From positions 2,663-66,662 of the forward strand of contig JADIMG010000084.1 of assembly GCA_017694875.1 (NCBI GenBank): a DNA stretch of 64,000 bases. Direction: 5' to 3'. This document shows, in pieces, positions 35,033-45,437 of the stretch. Origin of the DNA: Candidatus Gallipaludibacter merdavium. Lineage in GTDB: Bacteria; Bacteroidota; Bacteroidia; Bacteroidales; Paludibacteraceae. How positions within the stretch are numbered: position 1 is the first letter of the stretch; every line of letters begins with the position of its first letter. Made by a program: the position numbers and the translations under genes. Below the pieces are notes generated by a model that saw only the letters and a list, made by a program, of their open reading frames with translations, searched no databases and was not told the DNA's origin.

Positions 35033-35923
35033 TTAATCGTCTATTCTGAACGAAAAGCGCCCTATTTGATGTCCGTCTACAAAAAAATCAGCTGTATAAT
35101 CACCTACTTGCAAAATCTCTTGCACATTCCAATATAAGACATCCGACAATTCTTCACCTGCATATTCAAATTGCTTGCACAAGGAATAAAGCAATTCCGT
35201 ATCCTCAAACGGGAATAAATTCTTGTCTGATTTTGACATCACTTCACCGTCAGGACGAACAATACGCAAATACAAAGTCTTTATTCCCGGCGTTGCTGTG
35301 ATATTTTTTGCCAATGTGTAATTGAACTGTAATTTGGCAATCTGTGAATAACGGCGAGTCTTACGCCCTCTGTCATTCAATGTTTGCATAGAAAAGTCTG
35401 TCAGCTCCAACATACTGGCTCTTACCACCGTCTGGTGCAATTCTTCCTTTTCCTGCTGTAGCTGTTCCGCTTTATGAGACGCAGTTTCATATTTCCTGCG
35501 TACCTCGGTATTTTCTGCAATCAGCTCCTTGTTCATTCTATCCAACGAGTCAATCTGATGCACATATTGAATCATGACAGAGCGTACGGTTGCCAATTCC
35601 TTTTTCAAGGCTGCAATACGTCTGGCATTGGTTGCCTTGGTCACCCGCAATTCTTCCAAAAGCTGGGCAACTTTCTGCTTTTCCTTATCCAGCAATTGAA
35701 CCAAAGAGTCATTCCCAATATTCATCCCATAGCCATCGAACTGCATGGCCAAATCCGTGTATTCCTCTTCCAATTGCTCTTTCTCGAAATTCATCATCTC
35801 CACCATCTCACTCATTTCCGCTTTTGTTTCATGGGTTTTATATAAACTCCATGTCAAGGCACCAGCCAATATAACGACGAGAAGAACAATAGAGGCAATA
35901 ATGACTTTTGTCTGTTTACTCAT
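35033..35923 (-). CDS. Hypothetical membrane-anchored coiled-coil protein
   Basis: N-terminal TM VIIASIVLLVVILAGALTW, a ~150-aa heptad-rich region, and a C-terminal beta-rich domain. I recognise no family. Confidence 0.45.
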   Translation of the reverse strand: MSKQTKVIIASIVLLVVILAGALTWSLYKTHETKAEMSEMVEMMNFEKEQLEEEYTDLAMQFDGYGMNIGNDSLVQLLDKEKQKVAQLLEELRVTKATNARRIAALKKELATVRSVMIQYVHQIDSLDRMNKELIAENTEVRRKYETASHKAEQLQQEKEELHQTVVRASMLELTDFSMQTLNDRGRKTRRYSQIAKLQFNYTLAKNITATPGIKTLYLRIVRPDGEVMSKSDKNLFPFEDTELLYSLCKQFEYAGEELSDVLYWNVQEILQVGDYTADFFVDGHQIGRFSFRIDD

Positions 35924-35938
35924 ATGCGAAACTGAATA

Positions 35939-37009
35939 TTATTTGTTTTCCTGAGGTTGTGTTAACTGCAACAAAACTCCGGTTTTGGGATTAAACGTAG
36001 CCTCATACGATTCTTTCACAAACAAGGACATAGGCAATGGTATGCTTAGTCCAAATTGTGGCATAGGCAATTCACGTGTCAGATATGTCTGCATACCATC
36101 AGACAAAGTAATCATAGCCGAACCCGGAGAATTATAATAGAACACTGTATTCTCCTTGTTTTGAGCCGATTTCTTAGTTTCCGGCAAGAATTCCGGCAGT
36201 TTTGCTTGCAATGTCAAATAAACAGGTGCACCACTCAAATCAGAAGAAGGCACGATTCCCCAAAGGGGAGAAACACGGAACAGGACATGATTTTCCACAC
36301 TTTGATAGGGTGTATATTCCACGACCTGCACTTGTCGTTCTGTGATGGTTTTGCCCACAAAAAGCTCACACAATTCTCTCTCTTCCCTGTCCAGACGTTC
36401 CAAAGTAATCTTCAAGGCCTCACCATCAGCAGGCAACACATCAACATCACCCATCAGCAAGCTCAATCTGTTTTCTCTTATTCTATATATTTGCTGCGCT
36501 ACACCTTCAGCCATCTTAGCGATGGAATTCGCCTGCATCTGTTCCTCACCCAACGGCATCAAATCGTCATCTTTTTCTTTCAAGGGTTTAGGGTGGTCCT
36601 TCTTGGAAGGATGTTTTTTAAACGGGTGCTTTTTCACCAAATCCATCTGTTTATTGATGGAACACAAAATGCCATTATCATTTATCTGTATGGATGGCAA
36701 ATCTTTCATATTCAAAGGAATGACATACTGGCGGGTTGCATCTGCCACTGTCTTAACTTTCATATGAACATTGAGCATCCTATAATTTTCCGTACGTTCA
36801 GTAATCACATCGGATGTCCCCAAAAACCTTTTGGCATACAAATAGAAAGGACCTGGTTCCTGTATCTGTTTTTCCACTTCCACTTCAAAAACCAATACGG
36901 ATTTTGGCATAGAGTAAACAATAGCCGACTGTCCCTCATAAATATTCTGGGCCGACGACAACATAACACAGCATAACAAGCAATATACTGCAATTAGTCT
37001 GTTTCTCAT
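35939..37009 (-). CDS. Hypothetical secreted protein (possibly DUF4831-like)
   Basis: Signal peptide MRNRLIAVYCLLCCVMLSSAQ. The ORF is well defined and lies 11 nt downstream of aroE. The family assignment is from memory only. Confidence 0.4.
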   Translation of the reverse strand: MRNRLIAVYCLLCCVMLSSAQNIYEGQSAIVYSMPKSVLVFEVEVEKQIQEPGPFYLYAKRFLGTSDVITERTENYRMLNVHMKVKTVADATRQYVIPLNMKDLPSIQINDNGILCSINKQMDLVKKHPFKKHPSKKDHPKPLKEKDDDLMPLGEEQMQANSIAKMAEGVAQQIYRIRENRLSLLMGDVDVLPADGEALKITLERLDREERELCELFVGKTITERQVQVVEYTPYQSVENHVLFRVSPLWGIVPSSDLSGAPVYLTLQAKLPEFLPETKKSAQNKENTVFYYNSPGSAMITLSDGMQTYLTRELPMPQFGLSIPLPMSLFVKESYEATFNPKTGVLLQLTQPQENK

Positions 37010-37020
37010 AACTCTTTCAT

Positions 37021-37764
37021 TTATTCTTGTTTATTCCAAATTTCCCAAGCCGCTTCTGCCTGGCCACGCAACATGGCATAGCCATTCATCACCTGTGCGC
37101 CTCGTTCTTTACCATGACGCAAAAATAATGTTTCTTGCGGATTATACACCAAATCATACAGCAAATGTTTATTTGTTATGTTTTGATAAGGTATATCTAC
37201 ACACGTATCTACATGTGGAAAAGTTCCAAGAGGAGTTGCATTCACCAACAACTGATAGCTCTGAAGCACTTCCGGTGTAATCTGCTCATACGACAGCACA
37301 GAATCTTTGGCCTGTCTGGATACCAATTGTACTTCTATACCTAACCGACTCAATACATATTCGACAGCTTTGGATGCTCCTCCCGTTCCAAAAACCAAAG
37401 CTCTTTTATGATAAGGCCGAAGCAACGGAACCAATGAGTCATGAAAACCAATCACATCGGAATTATAGCCTTTCAACACGACTTCTCCTGAACGGCGAAC
37501 AAATTTAATGACATTGACAGCCCCCACTGCCCTTGCCGTTTCATCAAACTCCGACAAATAAGGGAGAACGGACTGCTTGTAAGGAATGGTTACATTCAAA
37601 CCAGAAAAGGATTTCTGCTGACAAAGCTGTTTTAAATCCTCTATTTTATCCAGCTCATACAATCCATAGGCAGCATCTATGGATTCCTCCTGAAACTTTT
37701 GCGTGAAATAGCGTTGAGAGAAGGAATGTACCAAAGGCTTGCCTATCAGTCCGAAATATCTCAT
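37021..37764 (-). CDS. aroE: Shikimate dehydrogenase
   Basis: FGLIGKPLVHSFSQRYF (substrate-binding N-terminus), LNVTIPYK, and the NADP-binding motif ALVFGTGGASKAV. Confidence 0.85.
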   Translation of the reverse strand: MRYFGLIGKPLVHSFSQRYFTQKFQEESIDAAYGLYELDKIEDLKQLCQQKSFSGLNVTIPYKQSVLPYLSEFDETARAVGAVNVIKFVRRSGEVVLKGYNSDVIGFHDSLVPLLRPYHKRALVFGTGGASKAVEYVLSRLGIEVQLVSRQAKDSVLSYEQITPEVLQSYQLLVNATPLGTFPHVDTCVDIPYQNITNKHLLYDLVYNPQETLFLRHGKERGAQVMNGYAMLRGQAEAAWEIWNKQE

Positions 37765-38687
37765 GCGTCAGTCTTTGTTTTAAATTTCTTCGACAAAAGT
37801 TCAATGGCAAACATCAGCACAACACCCAGCACGATCAAACCGATAGCATAGAAGAACTCTCCATCTATATTGGCTGGTAAAATATTTTCCTGCGCCAAAG
37901 GCTGAGCAACCCCATGACGGTCAATATATGTTTCCAAGGTTCTTTTCCAAGGCCATATTTTGTTCAAGGAACCAAACATAAACCCAGTCAAGGCCGCCAG
38001 TGTTAGCATCTCATAATGCTTGAACAGCCATGTCAAAAGATTGGAAAAGCTCACAATACCAATTACAGCTCCCAGAATAAAAGTAAGTATTACGGGTATA
38101 TTCACATCCAGCAGAGCCTGAAGAATATAGGTATATTCACCCAACAACACCAATATGAAACTTCCCGAGATACCTGGCAAAATCATAGCGCAAATGGCTA
38201 TGACACCGCACAGAAAGATATACCAATAGGCAACACCTTCATGTGTCTTAATTGGCACATTCTCGGGCGATGTGATATAAAAAGACAGAACCGTAAACAG
38301 TAAAAAGAAAAGTATCGTTTTCCAATTCCACTTAACATCCCGTGCCACAAAAATAGTAGAAGCAATAATCAGCCCAAAGAAGAAGGACCAAATCAAAACT
38401 GGCTGATGCTCGATAAGATAAGTGATAACCTTGGCCAAAGACAAAAAACTAGTAGCTATACCGGCAAAAAGGCACACTAAAAAGTTTCCGTCCAGATTTT
38501 TCCAAAACTGCTTGAAATGTCCGGTAAAAAGCAACTTCAAGTTAGTCAGGTTTACACTTTTTATGGCACACAAGAGGCGTTCATAAATGCCTGTGATAAA
38601 TGCAATCGTTCCTCCGGAAACTCCGGGAACGACATCGGAAGCCCCCATAGCGACTCCTTTCAAAAACAACAAAATCCAAAATTTCAT
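37761..38687 (-). CDS. DUF368-family membrane protein (polyprenyl-phosphate transporter family)
   Basis: Characteristic N-terminus GVAMGASDVVPGVSGGTIAFITGIYERLL and about 8 TM helices. There are 4-nt overlaps (ATGA) with both neighbouring genes. Confidence 0.75.
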   Translation of the reverse strand: MKFWILLFLKGVAMGASDVVPGVSGGTIAFITGIYERLLCAIKSVNLTNLKLLFTGHFKQFWKNLDGNFLVCLFAGIATSFLSLAKVITYLIEHQPVLIWSFFFGLIIASTIFVARDVKWNWKTILFFLLFTVLSFYITSPENVPIKTHEGVAYWYIFLCGVIAICAMILPGISGSFILVLLGEYTYILQALLDVNIPVILTFILGAVIGIVSFSNLLTWLFKHYEMLTLAALTGFMFGSLNKIWPWKRTLETYIDRHGVAQPLAQENILPANIDGEFFYAIGLIVLGVVLMFAIELLSKKFKTKTDA

Positions 38688-40078
38688 TTCTTACGTTCTA
38701 TATAATTCTTAACTACTTCAGACAATTCCGGACAAACATTCAAAAAGATATTGATATCCTCCGTGCCTGATGTTACCATTTTCCCTAAACAATCCAACAA
38801 GTTCTCGGAATCATTCAAACCATAATAGACAACAGCTAAAAGCAGATACAAACGGGGAGTTTCAGGCTCCATGGCCTTCACCCGCAGCAAAACAGGCAAA
38901 GCCTCCGACGGCTTATCCTCATCTATATAAGTCGTTGCCAATGCTATCATAGCATCTATATTCTTGGGATCCAGCTCAATGGCACGCATATAATAGGAAA
39001 CAGCATCGGCAGGTTGATTCTTGAAATTAAGTACCTCTCCCATGTTAAACCATGCTTCTGATGCTTGTGGACGCAACTTTACTGCGGCCGACAACAAATC
39101 TTGTGCTTCATCCAGCTGTTTTTTCTCCATCAGACAACAACCCAGAGCTATCAACGCATCATAGTTGGAAGGTTGTGCTTCCAATACCTTTCTATTATAA
39201 CGGATTGCCATGTCGCAATCACCTAATTTATCATAACATTCAGCCAAGAACAAATATAACTGCCAATTATCTTTCGTGTCCTTCAGACAATGCTCATAAC
39301 ATTCTATTGCTTCATGAAATTCATCCAAAGAAAAATGTGCATGCCCTTTCTGTAGCCATACCAATGAATCAGAGTCATCTATAGTCAAACACATTTCATA
39401 AGCATGCAACGCCTGCCTATAACGATTCTGCCCTAAAAAAACTTGAGCAAGATTAAACCAGGCATCAGCATAGTATGGGTCTATGTCTATTATGTCATTA
39501 TAAACATCTATGGCTTTATCAACATCACCAACTTTTTCCAAACAAAAAGCTAACTCGGAAAGCAATTCTATATTATTGGAACAATACTGCTTTCCTACCT
39601 TCAAATAACTCAGTGCAAGATCATAATGGTCCTGTTCAATGAAAATACTCGAGATGTCCAAACATGTCGAACACATTTCCGTGTCTTCCTCATTCTTCAA
39701 CAAATTTTCGGCCAACTCGACAGCCTCCGATAAACGGTTCAGTTTAACGAGAGCCTCCATTTTAAGCATGGTTACTTCATAATCATCCACGGAAAGAGTA
39801 TCCAAGAGTACAGAAGCTTTTCCTATATCGCCTTGCAACAGCAAAAGTTTCGCTTTTTTCACAAGCAATTCACTACTATTGGGATGCAACTTCAAACCAT
39901 ATTCCAATAAGGCAAAAGCATCAGAATCCCGCCTTTGAGCAATATAGTGGTCAACAAGTATTTCCAACTCATCAACATCAAAATAAAGCTCTGAAAAACG
40001 GTCACTTAAAAACTTCTCAGCACGCTCTTTCAAGCCGTCTGACAAGTCTTCAAAATCATATGAATTATTTTGCTCCAA
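38684..40078 (-). CDS. Tetratricopeptide repeat protein
   Basis: Multiple 34-aa TPR-like units, for example AWFNLAQVFLGQNRYRQALHAYEMCLTIDDSD and AWFNMGEVLNFKNQPADAVSYYMRAIELDPKN. Confidence 0.75.
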   Translation of the reverse strand: MEQNNSYDFEDLSDGLKERAEKFLSDRFSELYFDVDELEILVDHYIAQRRDSDAFALLEYGLKLHPNSSELLVKKAKLLLLQGDIGKASVLLDTLSVDDYEVTMLKMEALVKLNRLSEAVELAENLLKNEEDTEMCSTCLDISSIFIEQDHYDLALSYLKVGKQYCSNNIELLSELAFCLEKVGDVDKAIDVYNDIIDIDPYYADAWFNLAQVFLGQNRYRQALHAYEMCLTIDDSDSLVWLQKGHAHFSLDEFHEAIECYEHCLKDTKDNWQLYLFLAECYDKLGDCDMAIRYNRKVLEAQPSNYDALIALGCCLMEKKQLDEAQDLLSAAVKLRPQASEAWFNMGEVLNFKNQPADAVSYYMRAIELDPKNIDAMIALATTYIDEDKPSEALPVLLRVKAMEPETPRLYLLLAVVYYGLNDSENLLDCLGKMVTSGTEDINIFLNVCPELSEVVKNYIERKK

Positions 40079-40112
40079 AATACATCAATCAATGTAGATT
40101 CCAGCCTCCTTA

Positions 40113-40568
40113 TTACATTCCAGCCAAAACCTTCTTTACCATTTCTGCAATCTGTTTGCCTTCCGCCTTACCGGATAATTCTTTGGATGCAACTCCCATC
40201 ACCTTGCCCATCTCTTGTGGAGACTTAGCACCAACTCTTTCTACAATCCCTTTTACGGCACTTTCCAGTTCCTCTTCTGACATCTGTGCCGGTAAATATT
40301 TTTCAATTACGGCAACCTCCATCATTTCTTTTTCAGCCAATTCCGGTCTACCCGCCGCAACATACATATCAGCCGATTCCTTGCGCTGCTTCACCATCTT
40401 CTGCAATATTTTCAGTGCCTGGTCATCATGAAGTTCGCCATCAGAACCTTTAGCTGTTTTTGCTTCCAAAAATTCTTTCTTTATACCACGCAATGCATCC
40501 AATGTTACTTTATCTTTTGCGAGCATTGCTTTCTTAATGTCTTCGCTAACTGTATCAAAATAGTTCAT
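40113..40568 (-). CDS. GatB/YqeY domain-containing protein
   Basis: 151 aa. The N-terminus DIKKAMLAKDKVTLDALRGIKKEF and the C-terminus MGKVMGVASKELSGKAEGKQIAEMVKKVL are typical of YqeY. Confidence 0.8.
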   Translation of the reverse strand: MNYFDTVSEDIKKAMLAKDKVTLDALRGIKKEFLEAKTAKGSDGELHDDQALKILQKMVKQRKESADMYVAAGRPELAEKEMMEVAVIEKYLPAQMSEEELESAVKGIVERVGAKSPQEMGKVMGVASKELSGKAEGKQIAEMVKKVLAGM

Positions 40569-40624
40569 GTCTTCTTTATTTTTTTAATGTGATTCAATCA
40601 AAATAATCCTACGGATAAAATCTG

Positions 40625-41857
40625 TCATTTAAAATCAATATCATCCAGACTATCCATATCCATTTCCTCTACATCTTCCTCTTCCGTCTTTACTTCCTCT
40701 TCAACAGATATCTGTTCCTTTTTCTTAGGAGCCGGTATATCTATGTTCTCATACATATCGGCTATATATTTCTTCCGCATTTCTTCTTTGTCCAGCTCGT
40801 CTTCGTCCACCTCCTCTTTTTCTTTCTGCTGATGACCGGTCCACAAAGTCGGGTCTGGTAAGCAATCCATATCAAAGCCTGTGGCAATCAATGTAATCTT
40901 AACTTCATCTTCCAGCGAATCATCAAATGTGGCTCCCCAAATCACATCTACCTCTTGACCAATCTTCTTGATAAAAGCATTGATTTCATTGACCTCGTCC
41001 ATTTTTATTTGCGACTTTTTGGAAGAATAGAAGCTCAACAAGAGTTTCTTGGCACCTTTGATATCATTGGCATTGACAATCGGAGATTTCAGTGCATCTT
41101 CTATGGCTTTCGTGATACGGTTTTCACCCGAAGCTTGTCCCGTATTCATGATGGCAACACGACCATCCTTCATCGTGTTGTATACATCCGCAAAGTCAAC
41201 ATTGACATAGCCTGGGATGGTAATGATTTCTGCTATGGATTTTGCCGCGTTAGCCAACACGTCATCGGCAATGGCAAAGGCATCTGACATCTCCAAATCA
41301 GGATAAACCAAACGCAACTTTTCATTGTTAATCACCAATATGGCATCCACATGCTTGCTCAACTCGGCAACCCCTTCCAGGGCTTTCTCTATCTTCTTGA
41401 AACCTTCAAAAGCAAAAGGAATGGTAACAATGCCAATCGTCAAGATACCCATGTCATGAGCCACCTTGGCTACTATCGGAGAAGCTCCTGTTCCAGTGCC
41501 ACCACCCATTCCTGCTGTGACAAAAACCATGTGGGTATCCGTTCCCAGTACTTTCTTAATCCTGTCAATGCTTTCTTCGGCTGCTTCTCTTGCTTTTTCA
41601 GGACGTCCACCAGCTCCCAATCCTGCCGTAGTATTATCACCCAACTTCACTCTGTTGGGAACAGGAGAATGTTCCAATGCCTGATTGTCTGTATTGCAGA
41701 CAACAAACGAAACACCCTCAATACCTTTCCTATACATGTGATTTACAGCATTACTACCTCCACCACCTACACCAATTACCTTAATAATGCTATCCTTCGT
41801 TTCTTCCACTAACGGAACATTGGGTACCTCACCCCAATTAATTGCTTTATCGTCCAT
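40625..41857 (-). CDS. ftsZ: Cell division protein FtsZ
   Basis: Tubulin signature [16 protein letters not shown], plus [15 protein letters not shown] and NTDNQAL. Acidic C-terminal tail. Confidence 0.95.
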   Translation of the reverse strand: MDDKAINWGEVPNVPLVEETKDSIIKVIGVGGGGSNAVNHMYRKGIEGVSFVVCNTDNQALEHSPVPNRVKLGDNTTAGLGAGGRPEKAREAAEESIDRIKKVLGTDTHMVFVTAGMGGGTGTGASPIVAKVAHDMGILTIGIVTIPFAFEGFKKIEKALEGVAELSKHVDAILVINNEKLRLVYPDLEMSDAFAIADDVLANAAKSIAEIITIPGYVNVDFADVYNTMKDGRVAIMNTGQASGENRITKAIEDALKSPIVNANDIKGAKKLLLSFYSSKKSQIKMDEVNEINAFIKKIGQEVDVIWGATFDDSLEDEVKITLIATGFDMDCLPDPTLWTGHQQKEKEEVDEDELDKEEMRKKYIADMYENIDIPAPKKKEQISVEEEVKTEEEDVEEMDMDSLDDIDFK

Positions 41858-41883
41858 ATCTCAGTCAGTATATTAAAGTAAAG

Positions 41884-43158
41884 TTAATAATCCTCGTTTT
41901 CATTGCCAAACAAGTTTGAAAGAAAGCCCTCTACAAACGTTCCGCTTTTTTTAACCATCGTTTTTATTGAGCTTGTCTTAGGCTTGGAATGAACTGCATC
42001 CTGCAAACGCTGCCCCCCTAAAACAACTACCCCCATCAAAAGGTTATTGGAAGGAGTGTCACTCAGTTCACCACTGGCAATCCATCTGCTATGCGAACCT
42101 TTTCTCACTTCGATTGTCGGCATCAGTTCCTTTATCATCTCCGGCAAGCCCAACAAATTTGCTCCGCTGTTTGTCAATACCACTTTGGTTATTCCTTCTT
42201 GCTGTATTTTTGCCAAAATAGGACGCAAAAGCTGACGCAGACGCTTCTCTATGATTTTCGCCAAATCCGTATTTAGAATTCCTACCGTCTCACCTTTAGA
42301 CGGAGATTCCACTTTGACTAACAATTTTTTGGTTACCAGCTTAGGCATTGCCTTCCCTATCTTCCTTTTCAGCTTCTCCGCATTGGAATAGGAAATTTCA
42401 AATGCATTTTCAATGTCTTGGGTTATGTCATTTCCTCCATGCTCAAGATTGCCCAAAAAACATAATTGATGGTCTTTGTATATGGACAAACAAGTGTTAT
42501 AAGTACCCATATCAATAATGGCACACCCTTCTTCCATCTCTTCATCATCAAGCAAAACACTGGCGTAAGCATCCGGCCTGATGAAATATGCGTTTACCAC
42601 CACCTTGGAGGATTCAAAATCTGCCAACAAATTCTGTTCTGATTCTTTAGGCAACATCACCAAGGAATAATGGCCCAATATAGTCTTGGCTTTCTTGTTG
42701 ACCGGCTCACTCTCCAATCGGCCATCCAAATAGATTCCTTCGTTCCTGCAAGCATATACGGTCATTGGAGGGTTATCATGCTCCATACTCTCCTTTAACT
42801 CTGCCTCCATTTGTCCAAGCAGCTTTTCCGATACAAAGGTCTGCTTGTCCAATTTAACTTCCTTTTTCCGGATGACCAACCCATCATTTTCAACACAAGT
42901 GAAAATAGGAGACTCGCCCAAACTTTTCTGTATTCTATTACCCAATAGATGCAACACTTTCCTGATGGCATAGTCCACCGTAAAATTGCTTTTTACCGAT
43001 TCGGCATTAGTGACTTTAGAGGCATTGCATTCCACCTCTTCCAAAGCCAATATGTCATAAAGGGCAGCTGCATTTTGGACAGCAGCTATAGCACGAACTT
43101 TCTGCTGGCCTATTATCAAGCCAACAATCACATCACTGTTTTTCTCTTGCTTTGCCAT
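41884..43158 (-). CDS. ftsA: Cell division protein FtsA
   Basis: Actin-like ATPase pattern (CAIIDMGTYNTCLSIY, VVLTNSGANLLGLPEMI). Position between ftsQ and ftsZ. Confidence 0.85.
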   Translation of the reverse strand: MAKQEKNSDVIVGLIIGQQKVRAIAAVQNAAALYDILALEEVECNASKVTNAESVKSNFTVDYAIRKVLHLLGNRIQKSLGESPIFTCVENDGLVIRKKEVKLDKQTFVSEKLLGQMEAELKESMEHDNPPMTVYACRNEGIYLDGRLESEPVNKKAKTILGHYSLVMLPKESEQNLLADFESSKVVVNAYFIRPDAYASVLLDDEEMEEGCAIIDMGTYNTCLSIYKDHQLCFLGNLEHGGNDITQDIENAFEISYSNAEKLKRKIGKAMPKLVTKKLLVKVESPSKGETVGILNTDLAKIIEKRLRQLLRPILAKIQQEGITKVVLTNSGANLLGLPEMIKELMPTIEVRKGSHSRWIASGELSDTPSNNLLMGVVVLGGQRLQDAVHSKPKTSSIKTMVKKSGTFVEGFLSNLFGNENEDY

Positions 43159-43169
43159 ACATCATCTTC

Positions 43170-43907
43170 TTAATATCTACACACCACCTGATTTTTATAC
43201 TGTACATCTACAACCTTATAATCTTTCCAACCTAATTTTCCAAATCCATCCACATAAAGCAGTTCCAGTTTTTTCAGTTTTGACGGATAGTCTTCCAACG
43301 ACCCCAACTCTATCAAATAGCTTCCTATACGCGGTATCAACTGAATTTGCCTACTGTTTACTACATTAACCTGTGTAACCTGATTATGCCAGAATTCATC
43401 ATTTTCAATATAATCGACAAAGTCATACAACTCTCCCTTAGCAAAGTCTTTGTTTACATTACCTGTAACTACAGGTACATAAGCAGCACAACCACTTATT
43501 GCCGGCATTATCTTACGTTCAATGTCAACATAATAGTTTCCCTCCGAACTCATTACGTAATAATGCGGTATACGCTGACGCACATCCACCTTCAAAATTC
43601 CCTCCTTGGTTTTATAACATTGCACATCCTTAATCAAAGGATGCTTAAGCAAGGCTGACTCCATCTCTACCGTTTTAATATCGGCATAATTCACACCAAC
43701 GGGATATTTACCACTACGCTGCAACATAGATGATATCTCAGCGGGAGTCACAAAACTACGCTGAAGGCTGTCCTTCAAAGTGATGCGTACTTCTTTACAA
43801 ACAACTTCACCAGCATCTACATGCAAAAAGAGGACACTGTAAATCAAATAGCTCATCATCAACAACAAGCCAACTGATATGATTATATTTTTCCATATGT
43901 TCCTCAC
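43170..43907 (-). CDS. ftsQ: Cell division protein FtsQ
   Basis: Single N-terminal TM followed by a POTRA-like region. Position between murC and ftsA, with a 4-nt overlap with murC. Confidence 0.75.
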   Translation of the reverse strand: MRNIWKNIIISVGLLLMMSYLIYSVLFLHVDAGEVVCKEVRITLKDSLQRSFVTPAEISSMLQRSGKYPVGVNYADIKTVEMESALLKHPLIKDVQCYKTKEGILKVDVRQRIPHYYVMSSEGNYYVDIERKIMPAISGCAAYVPVVTGNVNKDFAKGELYDFVDYIENDEFWHNQVTQVNVVNSRQIQLIPRIGSYLIELGSLEDYPSKLKKLELLYVDGFGKLGWKDYKVVDVQYKNQVVCRY

Positions 43908-45286
43908 TGTGCTTTTTTTATACTCAAATATTCATTCTTCAGCATTTCAGCCACTTTCGGCACTAAAGCATCAATATCACCAGCCCCCAATGTCAAAATG
44001 ACTTCTCCATCGCGATGAGACAAGACTTGCAACAACTGGTCTTTACTGACCAATTGTTTATGTGGACACACGACCTTATCAAAAATAAGAGAAGAGCTTA
44101 CTCCCTCAATAGGCCGCTCACGTGCCGGATAAATGGGCAACATAATCAATTCATCCAACAAAGACAAGGATTCTGCGAAACCATCAGCAAAGTCACGTGT
44201 CCTACTATACAGATGAGGCTGGAAGACGCCAGTCAATTTCCGATTGGGATACAATTTCCTAACCGACTCTATGCTGGCCCGTAATTCTGCCGGATGATGT
44301 GCATAATCGTCAATTAAAACGACATGTTCATTTTTCACCAACACATTAAACCGCCGATAAATACCAGCATATGAACTCAAAGCCGTTCGCATTTCATTAT
44401 GTGTAATACCATTCAGCCATGCAACTGCCAAGGCTGCAACACTGTTCTCTATATTAATCAACACAGGAACACCCAACTTCAGATCATGCACAGTTTCTGT
44501 TGGCGCAACAAAGTCAAATAAGATTTCTCCCTCACTTATTCTAATATTATCTGCATAAAAATCCGCTTTCTCATTTGCCGAATAAGTAAATAGTTTTACG
44601 CCTTTTTGCAGACATGGAGTCAGAAGTATGCCTTTCTTCATTACCAATGCGCCACCCGGTTGTATAAGCGAAGTAAAATATTCAAAGCCTTTCCTGTATC
44701 CCTCTGCATCGCCATATACATCCAAATGGTCTGGATCAACCGAAGTTACTATGGCCATATATGGATGCAGATAATGGAATGAGCGGTCAAACTCATCAGC
44801 TTCTATCACCACAAAATTGCTGTTGGGCGACAATAACAGATTAGTTTCATAGTTATTGCTAATTCCTCCTAAAAATGCATTGCACTCTATGCTTGATTGA
44901 TATAACAAATGAGCCAAAATAGTAGATGTTGTCGTCTTTCCATGCGTTCCTGCGACACACAATCCCCGCTCATTACGCGTTATTTCTCCAAGAACCTGCG
45001 AGCGCTTATACATTTTAAATCCAGTATTCTTAAAAAAATAAAATTCTTTCGAATCTTCCGGAATCGCTGGCGTATAAACAACCATAGTCAAAGCTGGATC
45101 CAGGCAAGATGACGGTATTAACGAAAGATTATCTTCATAATGCACATCAAAGCCTTCTCCTTCCAACTCTTCACATATCAAGCCACGCACTCTATCATAA
45201 CCTGCTACATAAAAACCTTGCGATTTATAATAGCGGGCAATGGCGCTCATGCCAATTCCACCAATACCCAAAAAATAATAATTCAT
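43904..45286 (-). CDS. murC: UDP-N-acetylmuramate--L-alanine ligase
   Basis: N-terminus YFLGIGGIGMSAIARYY and P-loop VAGTHGKTTTSTILAHLL, within the Mur ligase architecture. Confidence 0.9.
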   Translation of the reverse strand: MNYYFLGIGGIGMSAIARYYKSQGFYVAGYDRVRGLICEELEGEGFDVHYEDNLSLIPSSCLDPALTMVVYTPAIPEDSKEFYFFKNTGFKMYKRSQVLGEITRNERGLCVAGTHGKTTTSTILAHLLYQSSIECNAFLGGISNNYETNLLLSPNSNFVVIEADEFDRSFHYLHPYMAIVTSVDPDHLDVYGDAEGYRKGFEYFTSLIQPGGALVMKKGILLTPCLQKGVKLFTYSANEKADFYADNIRISEGEILFDFVAPTETVHDLKLGVPVLINIENSVAALAVAWLNGITHNEMRTALSSYAGIYRRFNVLVKNEHVVLIDDYAHHPAELRASIESVRKLYPNRKLTGVFQPHLYSRTRDFADGFAESLSLLDELIMLPIYPARERPIEGVSSSLIFDKVVCPHKQLVSKDQLLQVLSHRDGEVILTLGAGDIDALVPKVAEMLKNEYLSIKKAQ

Positions 45287-45437
45287 ACAAATTATACGAC
45301 TTCATTTTAAGAGCACAAAGATAGTGAAAGCCGAGCGCAGAACAAAATAATGAAACTTGTTTCAATTATTTTTTATGCAGAGCCGCCTCCTATCTTATTC
45401 CAACCAAAGATCTGCTGTTTTTGTTTCATCACTAACA

